This document shows, one piece after another, positions 19,203 to 26,663 of a stretch of 40,062 nucleotides of DNA. Source of the DNA: a virus (taxonomy: Duplodnaviria; Caudoviricetes). Position 1 is the first letter of the stretch; the number at the start of each line of letters is the position of its first letter. The position numbers and the translations under genes were made by a program. The notes under the pieces are model-generated. The model was not told the DNA's origin and searched no databases. It worked only from the letters and a program-made list of their open reading frames with translations. The stretch covers positions 1 through 40,062 of the IMG/VR virus record IMGVR_UViG_3300032216_000143; one strand, given 5' to 3'.

Positions 19203-19754
19203 TTAATCTCCAAGAGCAATCGTTGTTGCTGAAAAAGGGTATCTAGTTGTCTGAGTCGTTGAAAGAGGCGTTCTAAGTAAAATTGTAGATGAATCTCCAA
19301 CATACGGTGCATTATAAATTGTTATATAGTTAGAGGAATTATTAGACGAATCTTGAAATATTCTAACTCTAAAACCTTTAAACGAATCATATGGTGTTAT
19401 CCATGGATAAGTATATCTAGCCACATAAGGACTTAATCTTCTTCCGTCAATCGCTACTTCAAAATCTTTACTATCTGTTGCTATATTTATAGAAGTCTGA
19501 TCTGTTTTTAATTGGAAGTGTGAAGTCGAGCCATCAAATTGATTTGAGATATCATTGAGAACTGTAGTACCGAATGGTAAAGCGGCATTCGTATAGTAGT
19601 AATTAGTAGCATATACTGCTGTAGCATAAAGATTACCAGCAACGCCAACACCGCCAGCAACAGTAAGAGTACCAGTCGTGTTACTCGTACTGATCGTAGT
19701 GTTCGATAGATTTAGAACATCTATACCATTACTATTAAATTTTCTTAATGCCAT
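19203..19754 (-). CDS. Putative virion structural protein (183 aa)
   Basis: Contains the fibre motif STSNTTGTLTVAGGVGVAGNLY and LNDISNQFDG...F.L; first gene after a late promoter. Confidence 0.7.
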   Translation of the reverse strand: MALRKFNSNGIDVLNLSNTTISTSNTTGTLTVAGGVGVAGNLYATAVYATNYYYTNAALPFGTTVLNDISNQFDGSTSHFQLKTDQTSINIATDSKDFEVAIDGRRLSPYVARYTYPWITPYDSFKGFRVRIFQDSSNNSSNYITIYNAPYVGDSSTILLRTPLSTTQTTRYPFSATTIALGD

Positions 19755-19778
19755 TTTCTACTTTAAAAGTTTATTATG

Positions 19779-19786
19779 TATTTATC
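19779..19786 (-). promoter_or_regulatory. T4-like late promoter (GATAAATA)
   Basis: TAG-ATAAATA overlapping the stop of 19786..20145, about 25 nt before the ATG at 19754. Confidence 0.65.
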
Positions 19787-20145
19787 TATACCATATCTGG
19801 AGTAACAAATTGATAATTGTAAGTTCTTCTTATGCCGTCGTTCTTACACCAGAGTTCTAATGTATAAGTTGTATTTGCTTCTAGATAAAGTCTTGTTGTT
19901 TCGATCCAATTATCAAACAATGTATTTTCACACGCAACAAATCTTTTAGTTTCGCCAAAAGTTTCATTGAAGAGTTCATCTGTACCTCTTTTGAGTTTGA
20001 CACCAAATGTTAAATTCTTGAACATCACAAGTGGTTCATTGTCAGAGAAGTAGAATCTCACATCAGTATAGTGAGATTGCATGTCTTCCTCTTTGACTGT
20101 CCAATCGCCACTTTGCAGATTATAATTAACTAGAATTTTACTCAT
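19786..20145 (-). CDS. Hypothetical protein (119 aa)
   Basis: Fills the gap between neighbours; strong AGGAGG SD upstream; globular, charged composition unlike the fibres. Confidence 0.75.
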   Translation of the reverse strand: MSKILVNYNLQSGDWTVKEEDMQSHYTDVRFYFSDNEPLVMFKNLTFGVKLKRGTDELFNETFGETKRFVACENTLFDNWIETTRLYLEANTTYTLELWCKNDGIRRTYNYQFVTPDMV

Positions 20146-20167
20146 ACGAACCTCCTACACTTTAAAA

Positions 20168-21346
20168 TTATGGGTAAGGATATCTAATGACTACGATGCC
20201 TGAACCACCATTAGTGCGAGTCGATGGCCCTCCTGTTCCTTGTGTGAGTCCGCCGCCACCGCCCCCTTTTGAACCGGCGCCAGATGAGTCTGATCCGCCT
20301 CCACCATATGGACCAAAATCTCCTGGATTAGATTCTGGAGTATATCCATTAGTTCCAGAACCGGATGTACCTCCACCACCACCTCCACCATATTGAGTAC
20401 CATCTATTGATGATATAACTCCAATTCCACCTCCACCATTATATCTACCTGGTGGAGGATACGGTGGTCCTGGTGGATATCCTTTAGGTGCGTAACCTGG
20501 AACTCCTATTCCAGGGGGATACCAATATCTGGAATCATTTCCGTTCGCTCCAGCACCACCGCCTCCTCCACCCCCCATGAACAGAGCAGAGGGTTCAAGT
20601 CCTGGTCTGTTTACAACGCCACCACCAAATCCGCTTCCACTGGATGCTCCGTTTCCAGTGGTTGCTCCGTTCGGAGCAGGAGCACCAGCACCTCCAGAAG
20701 CACTGCCTCCAGCCCAACTTGATGGACTTCCGTCTTTAACAGGAAAAGATGAACCTGATCCTCCAGGACCAACAGTTATTGGATAAGCAGTGTTTGTCGT
20801 TAATGATATACCGGTAACATTTGTTACCTGACCACCTCCACCTCCACCTCCACCGGAAGAAGGTGGTCCATTACTACCACTACCACCGCCTCCAACTATT
20901 AAGGAAGCAAATCCTAAATTACCATCATTACTCGTAACTGTAAATGTTCCCGGCGAAGTGAATATGTGAAATCTGTAACCAGTATATGATCCAGTGCCGT
21001 CGTAAATAGTTTGACCGCCCGACGCTGTGATGGGTGGCACAACAGGAGTTATCTGATTAGAAGATGTGCTTGATAGACTATAACCATTAGCGTTTCTTGC
21101 TTGTACTGTGAAAGTGTAAGCAGTACCGTTACTGAGTCCAGTAATAGTAATAGGTGATCCAGATCCAGTTGCAGTAACACCACCCGGCGATGATGTCACT
21201 CGATAATCTAGTATTTGACTACCACCATCAGAAGCAGGAGCAGTAAACGTAACTGTTGCTTGTCCGTTACCAGCAGTTGCAGTTCCAATAGTCGGTGCAG
21301 AAGGCACTCCTGTACCACCGACGAACATTCCTAAAAAACCAGACAT
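20168..21346 (-). CDS. Putative adhesin passenger: hydrophobic N-peptide, FN3 and glycine-rich domain
   Basis: 392 aa; MSGFLGMFVGG, then PSAPTIGTATAG...GLSNGTAYTFTVQARN (FN3), then ASGG...YRFHIFTSPG...GGSGIVVIRYP. Confidence 0.8.
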   Translation of the reverse strand: MSGFLGMFVGGTGVPSAPTIGTATAGNGQATVTFTAPASDGGSQILDYRVTSSPGGVTATGSGSPITITGLSNGTAYTFTVQARNANGYSLSSTSSNQITPVVPPITASGGQTIYDGTGSYTGYRFHIFTSPGTFTVTSNDGNLGFASLIVGGGGSGSNGPPSSGGGGGGGGQVTNVTGISLTTNTAYPITVGPGGSGSSFPVKDGSPSSWAGGSASGGAGAPAPNGATTGNGASSGSGFGGGVVNRPGLEPSALFMGGGGGGGAGANGNDSRYWYPPGIGVPGYAPKGYPPGPPYPPPGRYNGGGGIGVISSIDGTQYGGGGGGGTSGSGTNGYTPESNPGDFGPYGGGGSDSSGAGSKGGGGGGLTQGTGGPSTRTNGGSGIVVIRYPYP

Positions 21347-21347
21347 A

Positions 21348-22232
21348 TTACGTTAATCCTAATCCAAAAATATACCAAGTATCTGTTGCTACTTTCAAAA
21401 GTGTAGCGATACCGTTTGATGCAAGAGTTCTATTACCAGTTGATGCAGAGTTTGCCCACTTCAGAGTGACACCAGAACCTTGTGTAATAGTGAGTGATGT
21501 TGCGTTACTAACGACAGTGATTACAGCACCAATCTCAAATGGTACTGAAGAATTTGGTGGCACTGTAACGCCAGAACTAACATAAACATGTTTACCTGAA
21601 TCACCAAGTGCTAAGTTACCTGATGTAGTGCCACTCTGAGGCATGTTTCTGAAACCAAATTGATACTGACTGCCAGAGAAATCTAACACTGTACTTACGT
21701 TTGCGAGTCCAGTGATTGTTTTATTCGTTAACGTCTGAATTCCAGTAAGCGTGACTGCTACGTTCGGATCAACAGATATTGTTGTGCCAGTTGTTCCGTT
21801 ATAAGAAGAACCGACAGTAGAATTAATGCCACTACCAAATGTCAATGTAGCAAGCGTGAAACTGTTGCCAAGTGAAACAGTAGAACCATTAATTCTAACA
21901 TTACTATTCGCTAACATCGAGTTAGTAATAGTACCAACGTCATTAGATGTTATGATTGTACCAGATGTTGTCGGAAACGTGATTACATTACCACTTGATG
22001 TAGAAATACTTGATACGTTTACTGTAGTTGCAGAAATAGATCCGTTACTGACGATTGAGTTACCAGTAATACTTCCAAGCACAGTTACATTAGAGAATAC
22101 TGTCTGTGTGATCGGTGCACCATTAGCATAGAAGTATCCATTCGCATACATGCGATCAGTTATAGCAGCATTAGATGCAACTATAGTGCTTGCTATATTG
22201 ATGTTGTCTGTAAGAAATGAATAATTTGCCAT
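21348..22232 (-). CDS. Short fibre protein with C-terminal DSGKH...TWYIxGxG domain
   Basis: 294 aa; paralog of 30918..31763 (ITN.MLA...INGx.VSLGNSFT, Q.LTNKT, VTVPPNS..PF..G.VIT, GNRTLA, KVATDTWYI). Confidence 0.75.
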   Translation of the reverse strand: MANYSFLTDNINIASTIVASNAAITDRMYANGYFYANGAPITQTVFSNVTVLGSITGNSIVSNGSISATTVNVSSISTSSGNVITFPTTSGTIITSNDVGTITNSMLANSNVRINGSTVSLGNSFTLATLTFGSGINSTVGSSYNGTTGTTISVDPNVAVTLTGIQTLTNKTITGLANVSTVLDFSGSQYQFGFRNMPQSGTTSGNLALGDSGKHVYVSSGVTVPPNSSVPFEIGAVITVVSNATSLTITQGSGVTLKWANSASTGNRTLASNGIATLLKVATDTWYIFGLGLT

Positions 22233-22244
22233 TTTAGTTTCTCG

Positions 22245-23597
22245 TTATGTGAACGTGACAGTTCCTGATCCTGCCGTAACATCATATACTTTTGTTGATC
22301 CTGGTGAGTATTGTGTAACAGTTAATCCTGGTGTAAACGTCGCAGTATTCGTCAATGGTATCTGAAGAATGAGTCTTCCTGATCCACCATTTCCACCACT
22401 ACCGGTTGGACCACCACCTCCACCTCCACCGCCGCCAGAATTAGTTCTGCCAGGATTGCCATTACCCGCAACTGGTGGGGCTGCTGACGGAGATGCGTTT
22501 CCACCACCATAACCACCGCCGTATGGATTACTTGTTGATCCTGGAAACCAAGGTCCTGTGCCACCACCGTAACCTCCACCAGCGACAAGTTGAGTTGGCG
22601 CAGGCGCAAATGGAATTGTTATTCCTGTTCCACCAATTGCTCTAGAACTATATGGATTAGGAGTTCCGCCCGCCGATCCAGCACCGCCACCACCACCAGC
22701 AGTCGTATATATACCAGGAAATCCAGTTGGAAATTCAAAGGAAGGTGGTGCCGATGCTCCAGGATTTCCATATTGTATAAAATTTGGAAAGGAGCTAGAA
22801 GAAGGTTGTGAAGCAGGTCCAGAAGAACCTCCTCCTGAAGGTGACACTTCCGCAGCTCCTCCACCAGAACCACCTGGTCCACCTGGTGCAGCAAAGGAAG
22901 AAAACATTATATATCCACCGTATCCACCACCAAATGCTGAAAATGAGGAAGTTCCTGTGAATGATGTACCTGTTCCGGAACCACTTGGACCAACTGCTCC
23001 AGATACTCCAGATCCACCACCGCCAATTGAAATTGGTATTGCAGTGTTATAACTTGTAGGATAAGCTGGCACGTATACTACTCCGCCAGCACCGCCACCG
23101 CCACCCATAAAAGTACCAGGACTACTGTTGTATCCACCACCAGCACCACCACCACCTGCAATCAAATAAATATCAACATTTGTTGCTTGAACTTGTGGAA
23201 CTATACTATTGCTTGCTGCACTAAAAGCACTAGATCCATCAGAGTTTGTAGCATACACAGTAAACGTGTATGTTGTTCCTGTTGTTAATCCAGAAATTGA
23301 TATTGTACCAGAACCTGATTGACTTAATGATGCAGTGATTCCATCAGGAGATGAAACAGCAGTGTAAGATATGATAACGCTTGCACCAGTATAAACTGGT
23401 GCAGTAAATGCAACAGTTGCGGTTGTTGTACCAGTTGATGTCGCTACACCAATAATAGGAGCGTCTGGTTTATTAGATGGCCAAACAGAAGCGCCTTTAG
23501 CAATTTGGGCTTCTTGTACTGACCAAACTCCAGAACCACCAGTCGAAGTCGTGGTTACTTTTCTTGGTCCAATAATGCCGCCATTGCCTTTACGCAT
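22245..23597 (-). CDS. Putative adhesin passenger: NGG...WP tag, FN3 and glycine-rich domain
   Basis: 450 aa; MRKGNGGIIG...SGVWSVQEAQ...VWP, an FN3 unit, then VDIYLIAGGGG...GGSGRLIL; TAATG overlap with the upstream gene. Confidence 0.8.
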   Translation of the reverse strand: MRKGNGGIIGPRKVTTTSTGGSGVWSVQEAQIAKGASVWPSNKPDAPIIGVATSTGTTTATVAFTAPVYTGASVIISYTAVSSPDGITASLSQSGSGTISISGLTTGTTYTFTVYATNSDGSSAFSAASNSIVPQVQATNVDIYLIAGGGGAGGGYNSSPGTFMGGGGGAGGVVYVPAYPTSYNTAIPISIGGGGSGVSGAVGPSGSGTGTSFTGTSSFSAFGGGYGGYIMFSSFAAPGGPGGSGGGAAEVSPSGGGSSGPASQPSSSSFPNFIQYGNPGASAPPSFEFPTGFPGIYTTAGGGGGAGSAGGTPNPYSSRAIGGTGITIPFAPAPTQLVAGGGYGGGTGPWFPGSTSNPYGGGYGGGNASPSAAPPVAGNGNPGRTNSGGGGGGGGGPTGSGGNGGSGRLILQIPLTNTATFTPGLTVTQYSPGSTKVYDVTAGSGTVTFT

Positions 23598-23950
23598 TAA
23601 CTAATATCCTCATACGAACATAGTGCTTCCAACTTACTAACCGTGTTTGCAGTAAGTCTAAGTGCATCACCTTCTTCAAGATAAAATGCTTTAGATATAA
23701 CATCTAAGGTAGAAGCAGCAGGAACTATAATCTGAGAACCTAATCGATATGCAACCGAACTTCTAAAAAGATCCATAGTTAATGTGTAGTTGTTTGCATT
23801 ATCAACATTAGATACATATAGTGCATTAATTTTAAGAACTTTATTACTACCACCAGCATTAGATACAATCGCAGTAGGCGAAGTTGTCACTAACTGTACT
23901 GATGTTTTACCTGCAATCGCTGTTACGCCAACAATATTTGGTGCTGCCAT
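23597..23950 (-). CDS. Conserved 117-aa MAAPNI protein, copy B (putative adaptor)
   Basis: Paralog of 15513..15866; GGAGG SD at 23961-23965. Confidence 0.85.
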   Translation of the reverse strand: MAAPNIVGVTAIAGKTSVQLVTTSPTAIVSNAGGSNKVLKINALYVSNVDNANNYTLTMDLFRSSVAYRLGSQIIVPAASTLDVISKAFYLEEGDALRLTANTVSKLEALCSYEDIS

Positions 23951-23956
23951 TTTTTA

Positions 23957-24157
23957 TTAACCTCCGAATACTATTGACATTGCAATAGCCTTGCCCGTAG
24001 TGAACGGTGTTGTTATGATAGATGTTCCATTTGCATAACAGAACGTGTTAGCATACACTACATTAGATGTTACTGATGTGTTTGCAGTAACAGTCGCTGA
24101 AGTGACTGCGTTTGATGTCAGTGAACCAGTAACATTTAATGAATTTCTTAATGGCAT
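23957..24157 (-). CDS. Small protein with C-terminal ...TTGKAIAMSIVFGG tail (66 aa)
   Basis: Fills the gap exactly; contains a YANTFCYANG motif shared with the fibres; hydrophobic C-terminus like that of 15868..16101. Confidence 0.75.
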   Translation of the reverse strand: MPLRNSLNVTGSLTSNAVTSATVTANTSVTSNVVYANTFCYANGTSIITTPFTTGKAIAMSIVFGG

Positions 24158-24169
24158 TTTTTATTCTGT

Positions 24170-24553
24170 TTATGTTGGAATTACAAACTCTTCCCAAGCG
24201 AGTGTGTCTTCGTTCCATGTGTAGAACTTACCATCATCTGGTCTTGCAACTGGTGCTTCCCATTGACACGTATCTTCTACTAATGACCAAGATGGATACG
24301 GCTTTGGTGGAATAAATGCATCTCGTGCTTCATCCCATGTGAATCCAATACCAGCATAATTCTTTCTATAAGGAGTACCACCGTTTCTGTGTTCGCCTGC
24401 CATCGTGTTGTATGATGTTCTTCGACAAATCATACCTTCACGAAACTGTGCGTAATGGACTTCCCAATCAGGTTCAGTCTTATCTGATTCGTCTTTGCCT
24501 GTAATTACTTCAGTTACAATATTTTGATCATTAATAAAAGCATAATGTCCCAT
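24170..24553 (-). CDS. Conserved phage protein, MxHxA...RKNYAGIGxTxD...DAFIPPxPxPSW family (possible fibre chaperone or accessory)
   Basis: 127 aa; acidic and Trp/Pro-rich; strong AAGGAGG SD and its own late promoter. I recall this family lying next to glycine-rich genes in aquatic phages. Confidence 0.8.
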   Translation of the reverse strand: MGHYAFINDQNIVTEVITGKDESDKTEPDWEVHYAQFREGMICRRTSYNTMAGEHRNGGTPYRKNYAGIGFTWDEARDAFIPPKPYPSWSLVEDTCQWEAPVARPDDGKFYTWNEDTLAWEEFVIPT

Positions 24554-24577
24554 GTTAAAACCTCCTTGATAATAATG

Positions 24578-24585
24578 TATTTATG
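24578..24585 (-). promoter_or_regulatory. T4-like late promoter (CATAAATA)
   Basis: Intergenic, about 25 nt upstream of the ATG at 24553. Confidence 0.65.
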
Positions 24586-24609
24586 TTTATGATTCAATCA
24601 GTCTAATTA

Positions 24610-26631
24610 TTATTGAAATTGATATCTGAATACTACAGCGCCTGCATTTCCTGTGGAATTATATACAGGACTTCCTGCTGATCCTCTATATGTACTACCT
24701 GAGTTTCCAGGAGTTGTTCCTGATCCTGCGTATAATGTTGCACTACTTATAGAACCAGACAAATAACCACTTCCGCCTCCGCCGCCAGAGTTTCCATTTG
24801 GATCACCATTGTATCCTGCACCGCCACCCCAATATCCTCCACCTCCACCGCCTCCACCACCGCCGTCACCTGTGCTTCCAGCCGTGCCTCCTTGTAAAGC
24901 GGATCCTGTACCAAAGCCATTACCTCCTGCTCCGCCGGTACTTTGTGATGCACCTGAACCAAAATTTGGACCTACTCCATTTGCTCCAGAAGATCCACCA
25001 CCAGCGCCTCCACTATAACTAGAAGAATCGCATCCTCCACCGCCACCGCCCCCAGCCATAATTAATGCATTTCCTTGGCTCACGGATGAGGTGAAAACAC
25101 CAGAATATCCTCCTCCTTGTCCAGCATATCCTGATGTTGGTGCTAAACCTTTACCGCCATATCCAGTTGAACCTGTTCCTCCACCAGCGCCATGGCTAGT
25201 TCCACCACTGCCAACAACAACAATTAGTGTTGTTCCTGAACCTGCATTATAGATTCCGTATGCTGCTCCGCCGGCACCGCCATTAGGAGCAGGATTAACA
25301 ACACCAGTCGTTGTTGCACCTCCTGCCGCACCCCAAACATAGATTTCTATATTACCGCCAGCGCTAATTGAAAAATTATTTTGACCTTCTGAGAATGTAT
25401 GTATTCTAAAGTTTCCACTAGTGGTAATTGTTCCTCCTGTTGCATTAGGAAATGGTGATGATACTTGATTACTAGCAGTACTTGATGTACTATTACCAGC
25501 AGCATTAGTAGCATACACCGTGAAAGTGTATGCTGTTCCTTGAGTTAATCCGTTAACTGTAATAGTACCAGATCCTGCTTGAGATAATGTTCCTGTTATG
25601 CCACCAGGAGATGATACAGCAGTATAAGATGTGATTGGCGAGTTGCCATTTGATGCAGGAGCAGTAAATGATACTGTAGCAGCAGTTGCCGTAGTCGCAG
25701 TAGCAGTGCCGATAGTAGGTTGACCAGGAACAGATTTTGCATACCATAACAATGTTCTCGTTGCACTTCTATTTGTTGTTGCAGATGTTGCAGTAATTAA
25801 AGAAGTTGTATTTGCAACAGCACTAGGAGTACCAGTTATATTGCTACCAGAAATACTAAGTCCAGCAGGTAACGTATTTGCAGTGTATGTTATACCTCTA
25901 GTTGCGGCAGATGTTGCAGATAACGCTTGATTGACAGCACCACCAACTGTAATATTGTATAAAGTGCTATCTGCTGGTGATGCCCACGTAACAGTATCTG
26001 GATTAATAGTGACAGAGAAGTTTCTAAGTGTTCCCTGATTCTCTTGATCTTTTGCTTCAATTACAAAGTTATATGTTGTCTGTGAACTAACTACTCCAGT
26101 ATTGCCTGTGATGACACCTGTGTTTGCATTCAATGATGCACCAGTTGGTAGTGTACCAGAATTCAAAAGATAATAAACAGTCGAATCTGATGTTGCAGAA
26201 AGTGTTGTTACATTACCAGTAAAACTGGTGAATTCATATGTTGTACCGATAGAACCTGATGCAGTTGACCATGCAGGAACACCAGAGTAATTGATGCCAG
26301 GAATATATGCAGCAGATCCACCATCAGCATTGTATAGATAAAGAATATATGAACCAGCAGTCTTTGCGGGTGAACTAAAAGTTATCTGTGTATTTGAAAC
26401 ATAAGTGACAACACTCGCTTGAGTTCTATCAACATACACAACAGTATTAGGTGTGAATCCAGCACCAGTCACAGTGATTACATCACCACCAATTGTATTG
26501 GCAGCAGTGTCATCATTCAAATATGCAATAGAAGATACTTTTACACCAGTAACAGCACCTGCTTCAGTTGATAACTTTGCTGGAGTGATTGCATTATTAG
26601 CAATCGACTTTTCTTTAATCTTACTTACCAT
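24610..26631 (-). CDS. Ig-stalk adhesin: IPT/TIG, two putative Ig (He_PIG-like), FN3 and ALK/LTK-type glycine-rich domain
   Basis: 673 aa; GGDVITVTGAGF...YVSNTQIT (IPT), SGTLPTGASLNANTGVITG (He_PIG), an FN3 unit, then VWGAAGG...GGGYWGGG. Confidence 0.8.
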   Translation of the reverse strand: MVSKIKEKSIANNAITPAKLSTEAGAVTGVKVSSIAYLNDDTAANTIGGDVITVTGAGFTPNTVVYVDRTQASVVTYVSNTQITFSSPAKTAGSYILYLYNADGGSAAYIPGINYSGVPAWSTASGSIGTTYEFTSFTGNVTTLSATSDSTVYYLLNSGTLPTGASLNANTGVITGNTGVVSSQTTYNFVIEAKDQENQGTLRNFSVTINPDTVTWASPADSTLYNITVGGAVNQALSATSAATRGITYTANTLPAGLSISGSNITGTPSAVANTTSLITATSATTNRSATRTLLWYAKSVPGQPTIGTATATTATAATVSFTAPASNGNSPITSYTAVSSPGGITGTLSQAGSGTITVNGLTQGTAYTFTVYATNAAGNSTSSTASNQVSSPFPNATGGTITTSGNFRIHTFSEGQNNFSISAGGNIEIYVWGAAGGATTTGVVNPAPNGGAGGAAYGIYNAGSGTTLIVVVGSGGTSHGAGGGTGSTGYGGKGLAPTSGYAGQGGGYSGVFTSSVSQGNALIMAGGGGGGGCDSSSYSGGAGGGSSGANGVGPNFGSGASQSTGGAGGNGFGTGSALQGGTAGSTGDGGGGGGGGGGYWGGGAGYNGDPNGNSGGGGGSGYLSGSISSATLYAGSGTTPGNSGSTYRGSAGSPVYNSTGNAGAVVFRYQFQ
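25588..25637. repeat. ~50-nt near-identical repeat in FN3 modules (partner 27454-27503)
   Basis: tgttcctgttatgccaccaggaga(t/a)gatacagcagtata(a/t)gatgt(g/a)attg; 3 mismatches. Confidence 0.75.
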
Positions 26632-26655
26632 AGTGAATAGTCGCCTTTTTGTTCA

Positions 26656-26663
26656 TATTTATT
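26656..26663 (-). promoter_or_regulatory. T4-like late promoter (AATAAATA)
   Basis: Overlaps the stop of 26662..28779, about 25 nt before the ATG at 26631. Confidence 0.6.

Noticed and set aside
24590-24600. Palindrome TGATT-C-AATCA just upstream of a late promoter
   Set aside because: It has only 5-bp arms in AT-rich DNA, occurs once, and was not seen at the other promoters.
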